Origin: a virus
Length of the DNA: 64,000 nucleotides
Virus record (IMG/VR): IMGVR_UViG_3300025141_014429
Span: 59,029 to 123,028 of that record
Reading direction: 5' to 3' (one strand)
Shown: positions 29,257 through 40,365 of the stretch, one piece after another
Layout of the letters: the number at the start of each line of letters is the position of its first letter
How positions within the stretch are numbered: position 1 is the first letter of the stretch
Notes under the pieces: generated by a model
Database searches by the model: none
Seen by the model: the letters and a program-made list of their open reading frames with translations, nothing else
Told to the model about the DNA's origin: nothing
Made by a program: the position numbers and the translations under genes

Positions 29257-32025
29257 ATGATAATCGTAGATCCTGATTCAATTGACATTATAACAGAGCT
29301 TCCAGATGATGATGATATCGTTATTATTGATGTCAAGGGTGATAAAGATAATCCAGTTTATACATATAGAATCCCTGTCAAGATCGATCTAAGAAAAGCT
29401 TTGCAAGCAAATGTATCAGACTTTTCAATTAAAGTTCTAAATAGACCTTTTTCTGAAATAAATAGTATTGGATTCTTAGATGATCAGTCACTACAAGGAC
29501 AGCCGTCAGATGTTAATCAACAAGTTAATTCATTTGTTGAAAAAAACATGATCAGATATTTAAATAAGCAAAAAGATGCTGTTATCAAAGAATACAAGAC
29601 TGACTTTAAAGAAATACTAGATAAACAAATAATGTATAGATTTAAAGACTTATCTGATGAAGAACTTTTTGGAAAGGAAAGAATAGTTGTAGTTGCTGAT
29701 AGTTCTCTTGATGAAGATAATACAATCTCATCAATTCCTCTTCATGACAATAAAACTCAAGAATATGATATTACTTTTGAGCAAGCAGTTGATATCACAT
29801 ACCAAGAAGGTGGTGATCCTGCATCTGCTTTTGAGTCTGTGCAAGATGAACTTTCACTAACACAGCTTAAACAAGGAACAACATTAAATAATTATGCTTC
29901 ATTAAAGGGCAGGGATTCGCGTCTAAATAGAATTAAAGAAACGATAAGAAATACTTTTAGAGAAGAATCTAATATAGATTTGTCCGACGGTAGCGATATT
30001 GATTTATCTAATGACGCGATTAATACAAATAGACTTAAGTCTTTTGAGATTAATCAGTCATTAAGAGAACAAAAAATATGTTTATACATTGATGTTGAAC
30101 AAGAATTAATAGCAAAAACAGGGGGAAAGGTATTTTTAGCTATTGGTTGCTTCAATATATTTGGCTTGATTCTAGACACAACAGAACTAATTTTAAATCA
30201 CAGCTCTTTTTCTGATGATCTTAGTATATTTTTACCTAAATTAAAAGTAGAATCAACAAGAACCGGAGTCAATAAGGATATAATAGTTTTAGAAGTTGCT
30301 AATGAATCTTTTTCTGAAGTTAAAGCAAACATATATTACAAAGTCACTAATGAATGCGGTAGTTTAGATATGATGCGATTTGAATTTGATAAGTCTATTA
30401 CATTGAATCCAAAAAGCTCTAAGCGAATCAAATACACTGGTCTAGACTTGGAAGGCGAAGGTGGCGGCCCTAGAACAGCCGGCTCTGTTTTATTTAGAGT
30501 TACACCTGAGATCAAATCATACGAAGATGGAGCTTATCGACGAATAGCAAATACTTACTATGCAAATCTTAAATCTAGTTATATTGAGAGAAATGTATTT
30601 ATCCCTATTATGACATATAACAAATCTGGTTATATAGATGTTGAACTTCACAACATTCCAAAAAATATCACATCAGTACAAATATATAAGCGAAATGTTA
30701 CAAAAAAGCAAAGAGAGTTTCAGCCTATTCTTAACGAAATAGGTTCACAATACGAGATAGAAGTCCTGTCAAACAATCAAAATACTGTGCTTTTAAGTGA
30801 TTATGACGTAAGAGATGAGAATTTTTACGAATATAAAGCAAAAATTATTTATGGACCGGGTGAAGAATACTTTACTCTAAATTCTGGTATTATAGAGTAT
30901 CTAAGTATTGATGATTTAGTCAAGTTAGATATAGTGGGACAATCTGGAGAAGGTAATTACAGCTTTACTGTTAATGTTGAAAAATCACTATCAGCAGCGG
31001 ATAGGCTTTTTGATCAGATATCTTCATTCGGTAAACAACCTAAGAATGTTGATGTTTCCTCTGTATCAAACCCAGCTTTTCAACTATTTGAAAATGAACT
31101 TAAGCAAATTAATGCGCTTATTTTAGACGCAGTATTGATTAGAGTTAAACGATTTAATTGTGTTACAGGTGAAATGCTCAATATTGGTGAGTTCAATGTT
31201 GAGTTTAATCAAAATAGTTCTTCCCAAGGAACAGCATTAGTTGAAGATACTTTTGGATCAAAATCAGGGCAAAAATATGTATATGCAATACAACCTTTTG
31301 CTAGGTCTGTTTATGAGCTATTAGTTAGTATCAATTCAAAATTGAAAGATTTAGCCAAACAATCTCCGATCGCAGGAAAAAATATAATAAGTCAATTAGT
31401 TAGAATAACAGAGGAAGGTATCGAATCATCTGTAGGTTCTAAGTATTATTCTAGGTCCAATTATAAGAGAGGAACTTTGCAATCAGATATGCAGAGTGTA
31501 GAACAAGTAAATGGTGACTTGTGGCTTTATGGAAGAAATGGTAATATTGAGTATCTTGAAAATAATAAGCCTAGAAAAACAATTAATTTTGAAAATACTA
31601 GAATATCATTAGTTAAAGCTGTGCAAGGATTGGCTGAAGTTTATGAGTCAAAATTGCAAGTAGTTTTTACAGCAGCTGATCCAGAAGTCATGGCTTTTCC
31701 ATTTTCACCTAAAATTGTTAGAAGACCTGTTAAAAAGTCAATATCTGATTCATTTATAGATGACATAGTAAAAATTGAGTTTGACTTTGATGATGATCAA
31801 GGAGAAGTTGATTATTTTGTAATTACTGCCCTTAAAGATGGGCAGAATAGAATAGTCGCCGGTATACATTGTCCAGACGAAGACGTTGGATCTTTTACTT
31901 ACATAGATGATAGTCAAATAGGTTATCATGGTGCTATATCTTATACAATTTATGCTGTTAACGAAGACAAAACAATCCAAGGACCTTTTAATTTAGGTAT
32001 GATAATAGTTGGATCAGGAGTTTAA
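29257..32025 (+). CDS. Large virion protein with FN3/Ig-like repeats
   Basis: Segments such as SVQIYKR...DYDVRDENFYEYKAKI and DYFVITA...FTYIDDS...YTIYAVNED fit FN3-like beta-sandwich patterns. Confidence 0.55.
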   Translation: MIIVDPDSIDIITELPDDDDIVIIDVKGDKDNPVYTYRIPVKIDLRKALQANVSDFSIKVLNRPFSEINSIGFLDDQSLQGQPSDVNQQVNSFVEKNMIRYLNKQKDAVIKEYKTDFKEILDKQIMYRFKDLSDEELFGKERIVVVADSSLDEDNTISSIPLHDNKTQEYDITFEQAVDITYQEGGDPASAFESVQDELSLTQLKQGTTLNNYASLKGRDSRLNRIKETIRNTFREESNIDLSDGSDIDLSNDAINTNRLKSFEINQSLREQKICLYIDVEQELIAKTGGKVFLAIGCFNIFGLILDTTELILNHSSFSDDLSIFLPKLKVESTRTGVNKDIIVLEVANESFSEVKANIYYKVTNECGSLDMMRFEFDKSITLNPKSSKRIKYTGLDLEGEGGGPRTAGSVLFRVTPEIKSYEDGAYRRIANTYYANLKSSYIERNVFIPIMTYNKSGYIDVELHNIPKNITSVQIYKRNVTKKQREFQPILNEIGSQYEIEVLSNNQNTVLLSDYDVRDENFYEYKAKIIYGPGEEYFTLNSGIIEYLSIDDLVKLDIVGQSGEGNYSFTVNVEKSLSAADRLFDQISSFGKQPKNVDVSSVSNPAFQLFENELKQINALILDAVLIRVKRFNCVTGEMLNIGEFNVEFNQNSSSQGTALVEDTFGSKSGQKYVYAIQPFARSVYELLVSINSKLKDLAKQSPIAGKNIISQLVRITEEGIESSVGSKYYSRSNYKRGTLQSDMQSVEQVNGDLWLYGRNGNIEYLENNKPRKTINFENTRISLVKAVQGLAEVYESKLQVVFTAADPEVMAFPFSPKIVRRPVKKSISDSFIDDIVKIEFDFDDDQGEVDYFVITALKDGQNRIVAGIHCPDEDVGSFTYIDDSQIGYHGAISYTIYAVNEDKTIQGPFNLGMIIVGSGV

Positions 32026-32027
32026 GA

Positions 32028-35000
32028 ATGCCTAGAAGACCTAAGATAAAATTTAATGCGCAACCAAAACGCCCGTCTAGAGCTGTTACAGGTGCACAAT
32101 CAAAAGCTGCAATAACTAGTGCACAAATTGGAATGAGGGAGGCTAAAAAAAGTGCTAGAGAGAATGCTGAGAAGACAATTAAGATACCCAGCCCTAACGG
32201 AAAAGATAGAAATCAACTTCTATCAGATAGAGGTATATCAGTAGTCAGACCTGAAATAATTGCTGCAACTGAATTCATACCGCTCGTCAAAGATGATGAT
32301 CCTTCTGATGCAACTTTTACAATGACATCTGGAGATAAAGAATTTAAAGTTGATGTTTCAAATGCTGCAAGACTTCTAGAAATGCAAGTAGTTGCTCAAA
32401 CAATGCTATTCGAAAACATAAGAGAGGTTTTAACAATTTATGCCGGCGGTGATATTGTAGGAATCCTTGATCAATTTTTAACTTTTTTAAATGGTGAATA
32501 CGCCGGCGAAATAAATGTAGGCACAATCAATAATATGAAAAGACAGATTAAAGATGCTATAAAAAGTGCTTATTTTGTTATGCCTACTGACTTAAGTGAA
32601 GCAGACTTAGCCACAGGAAGGCTTAAAAAAGTACAAGAAGCAAAGAAAAGTCTAGAAAGTTTAAGTCAAAGATTTAATAAGTTAGATAACAAATACCAAG
32701 ATCTATTAATAGAATATGTTGCAAGATACTATCTTGTTAAACATTCAAATAACTTCTTAAGAGAAATGGGACTTTCTAAGATTAGAATTAAAAAGACGTT
32801 TGATATACTGAGCTCAGATCCTTCTACTTTAAAAGATTCTTCAGATACTCGTGTAAAAAATGCTAGAGAATACATAACACAAGGAACAGCTGCACAAGGA
32901 TTAGGGCTTTTACTTCCTGATATGAAAAGCTATATAGCAAATAATTTAATATCAGACTTGAAAAATGCTAAAAAAGCAAACTCTAGTAGAAATCTAATGC
33001 ATGTAATCAAAGCGCTTTCATCTGATATGCAATTTAAGGAAAGACAAACAACAGTAGATTACAGTAAGGATCAAATACCTGCTACAGTTAAAACTGAGCC
33101 ATCTCTTGAAAATGGTCAAGCTTCATATGAAACATTTAATGTTTCTACTTTTTTTGGTACTCCTGGGTCTAGATCTAATATGATTACTGGTAATAAGTCA
33201 GGAAAAAATTTTTCCAACAATGCTTATGATCGTGTGAGAACAATCATTAGGGGGAACAGAACAAGTTTTAAAAAAATGATAGGTAATAGTGCTAATTTAA
33301 GTTTTGAAAAGATTGAAAGTGATATATCGCCACTACTAGCAAGGTGTCTATCAGATGTAACTCTTCACAATAATTTTTCAGTAAAAAATTCTGTGTCTGA
33401 TTTTAAAGTGATTGCTAGTAATCAAGAAAACACTAGTGCACAAGTTAATTTTAATGTTGGCAGTTACTGTAAATCTGCTTTGTACAATAAAGACTTAGAC
33501 TCGAGTCAAGTTATATCTAACATGTTTATGTCTGATCAGTCTAATAATGGTATAGTACCCAATAAGATTGCAAACTCTTTTAAAATAGATGCTGATAACA
33601 AAGTTCTGCCTTTTGAGCAGAACTTTGGAGACTTGTCTGTAGGTGAACCGTACATTCCGGGTGGAAGTTATTATTTTGATCAAGGTCTTCAAGAGTTAAG
33701 TCAGGGAAATGAAAATAATGTTTTCACAGACTTGACGACATTTTCAAATACATTAGACACGGTAATCAATGACATATTTTCAGATTTTAATACGATGAGA
33801 GGCTTCAGTAGTCGTGATTCAGATAATCTGTTAAATAGTCAAGAACTATTAGACAATTTTAACAATAAGATTGCAGACTGGTTGAACAAATATTATAATA
33901 AGTCTAACCCTGGTTTCAACAACCTCTTTTTCTGGTTATTCATAGAAAAATGTACAAAAGATCAGTATTTTTTAACTACATTCATAACTTATCTCAAATT
34001 AATGGAATACAGGGTTAATCCGCAACCTGAGACTGGGGGTACTAACATGAATAGACCTGTCTCTAATGCATTTACCAATGTATATAAAAATAAACCCAGG
34101 GCTAGGAATTTTGCTGCAAGAGAAGGCGAGGACGAACAAAAAAAACACAGAGAAAAAGTAAGCCTTAGAAATTATTGTGTGTCTCACATGTTTCTTGAAA
34201 TAATGACAGATCTCTTAGGGCAGAAAAAGAATGGAAAGGGAGATGGGTTAGGTAACGATTTTGATCTTAAAGTAAAACATGTTCGAAGAAAAGTTAAGAT
34301 GTATGGATTGGGCGCAGATGCGATTGGAAATAAAGGTTTGATGGTTTCTACTACTAGTGATAAGTTTTTCCGGAACCCTTGGAAAACATTCTATGATGAA
34401 GTAATTAATGGAAATTGTTGGGATGATTTAAGACATACCGGTGCTCCAGAAGAAAATGTATTTGAAAAAACAATCCCCATGCTTCATCCTTATGAAAGCA
34501 TGCTTGCTAGTCGAGCAAAAAATAATTTAAAAAGAACAATCGGGTCTAACACCGGGGAAGGTGATACTAATAAGAAAAACACAAACGGGGGCGTGGGTAG
34601 GTATCAACCTGGTTTTACCGGAGGTGTTAATGATTTAGAAAATAATATACCTTTAAATACAAATAGGGAGCGAACTTACCTTGGTTTAGATAGTACTAAA
34701 GATATGCGAGGATTTGCGCATCTTATGTATTTTATATCAGTTCTAAGCAAGATGAGTGTATTCAAAGTAGAAGTATTTGCCGGAGAGCCACAATTAAAAA
34801 TTAAAATCTATAGAAAAGTAATAAAATCAGGTATAGCAGCACTCAGAGGTAATCAATTTGACTCTGATAATCATTCTAGAACAATATTTAATAATATCAA
34901 AAGAATCACAGGCGCAGTTAAGAATGATATTAGAGAGAATAATAAAAGTTGTTTCAATCATCTTTTAATTATGAAAGCGCAAGCTCAGACAATGAAAAAT

Positions 35001-36281
35001 CAAGTTAGTGAGATTAAAAGTTTTGTCAAAGGTACAGGAAGCGAAAATGATTATAGGGAGATATTAAGAATTTTTGATGAATCCGGAATAGGTAGGGAAC
35101 TTTTGAGTTTTGTAAGCCCATCGATGTTAGCATCTAACAAATACTCGCAAATGAAATTAATGACAGGGGCAAAGAAATTTCCTCACATACCGTCAGCTGA
35201 TGTAATTACTTCAAAACAATTAAAAAATATGATGACTTTTTTCAATCAAAAGACAAGAGGTTTTCATGCAAAAGAAACCTTAGATGTCTTAAATGGAAGA
35301 AAAACAGTTATGCATGTAGGGATTCCTGCTGGTATGTTAGAAAACTTACAATTTGAAGCGCTTAGAGAAACTGGTGACAATTTGTATGAAGGGTCAAACC
35401 TGGTAATGGTTGCAATACATAGAAAAGATGTGCTTAATTCGAGATCATATGTATACCCAAAGACTTTTGTTTTTGATATGAGTAGATTCGTAATTGACTA
35501 CCCTGAAAACGGATCTGTGAGTCAAACATCTGATCAATCATTTTTAAGTGCACAAGACCTGCTCAACAACTCTCAGATTCATAAGATAGATGGGCTTGGA
35601 AGCGCATTTAGAATTCCTAAAGGTAAAGCATATCATGAAGATAGCTTTGGAATATTTGATTTTGAAAATCAACCAGGGTATACTGATAAATTTCAAAAAG
35701 ATGTATTCCATAATCATCTAACAGATCACTATCTAAAGATGTATTATAAATTCTTACTAGGGCTTGACTTTGATGAATATGTTTACCAGTTGACTCGTGA
35801 CAGTGCTATAAGAAACGGACCTGATCAAATCAATGTTGACCTACTCAATCAAATAATAACTAATAATGAATCAGTCTTTCCAGATGCATTTAAAGATGTT
35901 AATTCTGCAAGAGAACTATTTAAAATAAATACTGGAATAGCAAATACATTATTTTTTAATGCTGAGCACTACTCAAAAGCTTCATTATATCCAAATGCAT
36001 TTGATCGTGTTTTTTCTGTTCTTTTAAATGAAAGAGACTTCATATATTATACAGGAGATATTACAAAAGATAAGTCTACTAAACAATACGGAAGGATAGT
36101 TGGGAATCAATTTAGAACAGATGGCCAGATCGAAACAATAAATAAAATAAGAAAACCTCTGTCTAGTATAACAATTGGTGAAAAATACCATAATAAAACT
36201 AGAGACAAAGATTTTCCACAAGTCTATATGTATTATGCAGAAATCAGTATAATGAGAAGAATTGAAACACCAAGTTTCTAG
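32028..36281 (+). CDS. Very large hypothetical virion protein
   Basis: 1417-aa ORF with basic N-terminal tail and a mainly helical middle; no recognised family. Confidence 0.75.
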   Translation: MPRRPKIKFNAQPKRPSRAVTGAQSKAAITSAQIGMREAKKSARENAEKTIKIPSPNGKDRNQLLSDRGISVVRPEIIAATEFIPLVKDDDPSDATFTMTSGDKEFKVDVSNAARLLEMQVVAQTMLFENIREVLTIYAGGDIVGILDQFLTFLNGEYAGEINVGTINNMKRQIKDAIKSAYFVMPTDLSEADLATGRLKKVQEAKKSLESLSQRFNKLDNKYQDLLIEYVARYYLVKHSNNFLREMGLSKIRIKKTFDILSSDPSTLKDSSDTRVKNAREYITQGTAAQGLGLLLPDMKSYIANNLISDLKNAKKANSSRNLMHVIKALSSDMQFKERQTTVDYSKDQIPATVKTEPSLENGQASYETFNVSTFFGTPGSRSNMITGNKSGKNFSNNAYDRVRTIIRGNRTSFKKMIGNSANLSFEKIESDISPLLARCLSDVTLHNNFSVKNSVSDFKVIASNQENTSAQVNFNVGSYCKSALYNKDLDSSQVISNMFMSDQSNNGIVPNKIANSFKIDADNKVLPFEQNFGDLSVGEPYIPGGSYYFDQGLQELSQGNENNVFTDLTTFSNTLDTVINDIFSDFNTMRGFSSRDSDNLLNSQELLDNFNNKIADWLNKYYNKSNPGFNNLFFWLFIEKCTKDQYFLTTFITYLKLMEYRVNPQPETGGTNMNRPVSNAFTNVYKNKPRARNFAAREGEDEQKKHREKVSLRNYCVSHMFLEIMTDLLGQKKNGKGDGLGNDFDLKVKHVRRKVKMYGLGADAIGNKGLMVSTTSDKFFRNPWKTFYDEVINGNCWDDLRHTGAPEENVFEKTIPMLHPYESMLASRAKNNLKRTIGSNTGEGDTNKKNTNGGVGRYQPGFTGGVNDLENNIPLNTNRERTYLGLDSTKDMRGFAHLMYFISVLSKMSVFKVEVFAGEPQLKIKIYRKVIKSGIAALRGNQFDSDNHSRTIFNNIKRITGAVKNDIRENNKSCFNHLLIMKAQAQTMKNQVSEIKSFVKGTGSENDYREILRIFDESGIGRELLSFVSPSMLASNKYSQMKLMTGAKKFPHIPSADVITSKQLKNMMTFFNQKTRGFHAKETLDVLNGRKTVMHVGIPAGMLENLQFEALRETGDNLYEGSNLVMVAIHRKDVLNSRSYVYPKTFVFDMSRFVIDYPENGSVSQTSDQSFLSAQDLLNNSQIHKIDGLGSAFRIPKGKAYHEDSFGIFDFENQPGYTDKFQKDVFHNHLTDHYLKMYYKFLLGLDFDEYVYQLTRDSAIRNGPDQINVDLLNQIITNNESVFPDAFKDVNSARELFKINTGIANTLFFNAEHYSKASLYPNAFDRVFSVLLNERDFIYYTGDITKDKSTKQYGRIVGNQFRTDGQIETINKIRKPLSSITIGEKYHNKTRDKDFPQVYMYYAEISIMRRIETPSF

Positions 36282-36289
36282 GAATTACA

Positions 36290-38371
36290 ATGTCAATTAA
36301 AAGAATCACAGGAAAAAATTTAAATAGAAGAAAGGTAAATGCCGCTGCTAGTCTAATAGGAAAGAGTAAAAAATTATCTGATAGAGTTATTGATCAAAGC
36401 CAATTAGAAAAAAAGATAGAAATAATGAATCTATCAGAGAATGTCGGTTATACTTCTTATACATCACGCGCTGTCCCCTCTGTAGACATTCCTGATCCGG
36501 ATGACATAAAACTAGAGTTTGTTTACAACTATTATACACCTGACGAAAGAGTCCAAAGACAAATAAGCAAAGAAGATCAAATTATTAATTTAAACTCGAG
36601 TGATGAAGCACAATTACTATATCAAATTACAAATGATAAAAAACCAAGATACATACGAATTGACTTTAAGCCGGCAAGATTCTTAAAAAATGATGATGAA
36701 TTAAATATTGCTGATGTTAATATTCTCGACAATTTAGATAAACTTTTTGTTGAAGGTGCAACTAGTTCAAAATATTTCTCAGGAACAGAGCTTGTTGATA
36801 CATTATCAGATCAAAATTTCTATAATTTAGGTGAGTTATCAGAATTTATTTTATCTACAAAAGAGGTAGACAACTCACCAAATTCTAATGCTCAAAAACT
36901 AGCAAAAAAAATTAAGTCAAATGATCTAAAAGGTAGTCATAAAAAATTGATAATGGATACGATGTCAGATTTGCAACCCAAAGGAATATCTTATGCCTCT
37001 TCTGATACTAGGAGAGAGCAAGTAGCTGCTGCATACGATTCTGCTGCAAGACAGTCTTTTTCTTTAAAGTTTAACAATTTATTCTTTTCAGATGTTATAG
37101 CATCAGGTAATCGCCAGGTATACTCAGTTTTTGAAGATGAATTAAGAGCATATACGACATCACCGTCAATAGCAGGTGAAATACAAGAAGAAGGCATTAA
37201 AAAAGTTAATCCTTCAAAGATATTTGAAGACGAATATGAATTTTATGGAAAACCAATAAGTTCTATTGTAATTAATCCTGCAAATGGAATAGAAAATATT
37301 GATACAAGACCTCGTTTTGCTGTCACAGGATACATAGTTCAACGTTTTGAAGTTTTAGAAAATGGTTCTTTAGATATTTTAGAACCTCTAATCATTGAAA
37401 ATCCAGATGCTACTTATGCTATTGATTCTAACATTCGTTATGGTGGGACTTATATATATAAGATAAGAACTGTTGCAATAGTAGAATCAATAGCAAAAAG
37501 AGTCAAAAGAAAGAGAACCGGTTCGACAACAGTACAATATGTTAGGTCAAAATTTCTATTAGCATCAGAAGGTGTCTCGGGAACAATTAATTGTATTGAA
37601 AATAATCCGCCACCGCATCCGGTAAATGTTAGATTTAGATATGACTATGAACACAGAAAACCTGTAGTTAGTTGGGAATTTCCAATTAATCCGACAAGAG
37701 ACATAGTAAAGTTTCAAGTTTTCAAGAGAAATTCAGTTAATGAAGCTTTTAAACTCCAAGTTGAATATGACTTTGATCAAAGTGTATTTAAGTCTTCATC
37801 TCTCGAAACGGGTTCAGGAAAGAGAATTGTTGAGATGCAATATCCTGTTTTGAATTTTATTGACAAAGGTTTTAAAGACGGTGACAGTTCTATTTATGCA
37901 ATTGCTGCAATTGATGCACATGGTATGACATCAAATTATTCAGAACAGTTTCAGATTCAATATAACAAATTTAAAAATACAATTGACAAAACATTCATAT
38001 CTCGAGGCGGAGCGCCAAAATCATATCCTAATCTCTATTTAGAAGTTGATACATTCCAAGATACAATGAAAAGTTCTGGAAAAGATCGAATGACAGTAGT
38101 TTTTGATCCCGAATACTACACAGTCACTAGAAAAGTAGAAAGAAAAAATAAGGAAGGAAAGGTAGTTTTTAGTCGAGAGTATGATTTAAAATTGATTGGA
38201 ATAGATCCGGATAATTCAACCTATAAAATACAAATTATTAATACAGATTTCCAACAATCCGAAAACGTAGACATATTTATAGGTGACTTAACGTCACCAC
38301 CACTTGAAGTACCTGCATCAAAGCTTTCTAAAAATAATCTGAGCTTTGAATTTGGTGTCAAGGTAGATTAA
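36290..38371 (+). CDS. Virion protein with FN3-like domains
   Basis: GYIVQRFE...DSNIRYGGTYIYKIRTVA and PPPHPVNV...VVSWEFP...FQVFKR...IYAIAAIDAHGMTSNYSE. Confidence 0.6.
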   Translation: MSIKRITGKNLNRRKVNAAASLIGKSKKLSDRVIDQSQLEKKIEIMNLSENVGYTSYTSRAVPSVDIPDPDDIKLEFVYNYYTPDERVQRQISKEDQIINLNSSDEAQLLYQITNDKKPRYIRIDFKPARFLKNDDELNIADVNILDNLDKLFVEGATSSKYFSGTELVDTLSDQNFYNLGELSEFILSTKEVDNSPNSNAQKLAKKIKSNDLKGSHKKLIMDTMSDLQPKGISYASSDTRREQVAAAYDSAARQSFSLKFNNLFFSDVIASGNRQVYSVFEDELRAYTTSPSIAGEIQEEGIKKVNPSKIFEDEYEFYGKPISSIVINPANGIENIDTRPRFAVTGYIVQRFEVLENGSLDILEPLIIENPDATYAIDSNIRYGGTYIYKIRTVAIVESIAKRVKRKRTGSTTVQYVRSKFLLASEGVSGTINCIENNPPPHPVNVRFRYDYEHRKPVVSWEFPINPTRDIVKFQVFKRNSVNEAFKLQVEYDFDQSVFKSSSLETGSGKRIVEMQYPVLNFIDKGFKDGDSSIYAIAAIDAHGMTSNYSEQFQIQYNKFKNTIDKTFISRGGAPKSYPNLYLEVDTFQDTMKSSGKDRMTVVFDPEYYTVTRKVERKNKEGKVVFSREYDLKLIGIDPDNSTYKIQIINTDFQQSENVDIFIGDLTSPPLEVPASKLSKNNLSFEFGVKVD

Positions 38372-38403
38372 CACAATTCTTTTACTATTTTTTATTGTAG
38401 AGT

Positions 38404-38411
38404 ATATTTAT
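38404..38411 (+). promoter_or_regulatory. Putative late promoter ATAnWTAT
   Basis: ATATTTAT upstream of AGGAG SD and the 38429 start. Confidence 0.45.
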
Positions 38412-38428
38412 TGACAGGAGACTAACAC

Positions 38429-39136
38429 ATGGGTTTTTTAGATCACAGTACAAATAACATCATCGTAGACGCTGTGCTTACCGACAAGGGTCGAGCATCG
38501 CTAGCTAGGAATGATGGAAGTTTTAATTTATTTAAATTTGCACTATCAGATGATGAAGTGGATTATTCAATAATTCAACAGTACGGAAGGACTGTTGGAA
38601 AAGAAAAGATTGAAAAAAATACACCAATCATGGAAGCATTAACAATAGGTTCTTTATCTATGAAGAATAAGCTACTTTCTGCGTCTAATGAATTTTTAAC
38701 ACATCTTCCTGGTCTAACAATAGATACAGGAGGAACAGCAGTACTTTCTTTGACTACAAATACAACTAATAGTGCAACACTATCCAGCACTGTTACAGTC
38801 AATGTCAGCATTAAAAATTCTCAGAATTCTGCTATAGATAACGATCTTAGAGACTCAGAAATTAAAGTTGAAGTTAATGACTTATTTATATCACTGACAG
38901 GAAGAACACCTGACTTTAAGTATTCTGATAACATAGCATGTTATAGAGTTGGAACTACATCAAACGCAGATGGAAGTATATCAGCTAGTTTTACGATAGC
39001 AGTCAAATCCTTTTCTTCATCAATATTTAATACATATAGTGTTTCAACAGGTACATTTATAAGAACTTACATGTCAATTAAAGGCATGAATTCTGGTGTA
39101 TCTTCACAGAAAGAAATAAACATTAGTCAAACTTAG
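38429..39136 (+). CDS. Virion protein with tail-collar (DUF3751-like) N-terminal motif
   Basis: VDAVLTDKGRASLA...FKFALSDDEVDY; Thr/Ser-rich Ig-like remainder. Confidence 0.55.
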   Translation: MGFLDHSTNNIIVDAVLTDKGRASLARNDGSFNLFKFALSDDEVDYSIIQQYGRTVGKEKIEKNTPIMEALTIGSLSMKNKLLSASNEFLTHLPGLTIDTGGTAVLSLTTNTTNSATLSSTVTVNVSIKNSQNSAIDNDLRDSEIKVEVNDLFISLTGRTPDFKYSDNIACYRVGTTSNADGSISASFTIAVKSFSSSIFNTYSVSTGTFIRTYMSIKGMNSGVSSQKEINISQT

Positions 39137-39146
39137 AGGGTAAACA

Positions 39147-40361
39147 GTGGCAACTTTTAAAACAATATCGAGCGCTGATATAAAATCAACCCGCTCTTAC
39201 TTAAATCAACTTGTAGATTTTGTTGAGAATGATATATCAGGTTCATCAACAAGAAAAAAATATAAAGTTTTTGTTACAGGTGGCATCGGTCCTGGTGTGA
39301 CTTCTAGCCTATTTCATACTATTTATGATCAAGACTACCAGCTTCAAACTGCTAATGCACTTTTTGACGTAACCCTAGGTCTTTATTCTGGCTCGAATGC
39401 TGTATCGTCTACAACTATCGGACAAGACTCTGCAGGTAAACTTCTTTTTCCGTCGTCTTCATTGATGATGCGTGAAAAAGTTAATATTTATAGACAGTTT
39501 GCACAGACACTTTTAGGAAATGCTGATCACGCTTTTGTTGCACCTTTTCAAACAGGTATCGACGGTTCATCTTTTGGGACTACAACAAGCGCAATTGGTG
39601 AGGCTCTATTTCTAACTCATAAAAGACTTTTTGTTCGTGATGGTATAAAAAGAGAAACTTTTGCAATGAGATTTTTTCAAAGTAGTTCTTATGGTGACTC
39701 CGGTGCAATTGAATATAATAATTTATCGCTAGACCCTCCAGATCATAGTGCATCAGGATCTTTTATTTATACAGATGTAGGATCAGCTACTTCAATAGAA
39801 AGATCACCAACAGGTGGCGATGTCGGTAATATTGTTGATGCATCTGATACTTCAAGAACACTTGGTTTAATGTTTTATCAGGAAGGTGTTACAGTTCTTG
39901 ATATGACAAAAATCATGTCAGGAAATCAGCATATGTCAGGTACTATTTCTGCTGTAAACGCATCTGGAAATGAAGTAGTTTCAAATCCACTTATACCAGG
40001 TTTTGTAACTTCTGGTTCTATAGATGACATTCTAGATCATATAACAGAAACAAGATTTGGAAGCGGCTCTAATACAGTCATGACATATCAAAATAATACA
40101 CAAATTAATTCTACTTTAGTATTTTGTCGTGCAACAGCAGATGAATTTAATTATTCTACTAATCCGACTTATACAGATGCAAATGGAAGAATCATTGTTA
40201 TCGATGAGACACAACAGAATATACAGAAGGCCTTTTCATTCGTGTCAACCGTTGGCCTATTTGATGCAAATGATGAATTACTTGCTGTTGCTAAGCTAAG
40301 TCGACCTGTAGAGAAAAATGATGAAAAAGATCTGACATTTAGAGTGAGGTTGGACTTTTAA
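39147..40361 (+). CDS. Virion protein with tail-collar (DUF3751-like) C-terminal motif
   Basis: Ends FVSTVGLFDANDELLAVAKLSRPVEK...FRVRLDF. Confidence 0.6.
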   Translation: MATFKTISSADIKSTRSYLNQLVDFVENDISGSSTRKKYKVFVTGGIGPGVTSSLFHTIYDQDYQLQTANALFDVTLGLYSGSNAVSSTTIGQDSAGKLLFPSSSLMMREKVNIYRQFAQTLLGNADHAFVAPFQTGIDGSSFGTTTSAIGEALFLTHKRLFVRDGIKRETFAMRFFQSSSYGDSGAIEYNNLSLDPPDHSASGSFIYTDVGSATSIERSPTGGDVGNIVDASDTSRTLGLMFYQEGVTVLDMTKIMSGNQHMSGTISAVNASGNEVVSNPLIPGFVTSGSIDDILDHITETRFGSGSNTVMTYQNNTQINSTLVFCRATADEFNYSTNPTYTDANGRIIVIDETQQNIQKAFSFVSTVGLFDANDELLAVAKLSRPVEKNDEKDLTFRVRLDF

Positions 40362-40365
40362 TGTT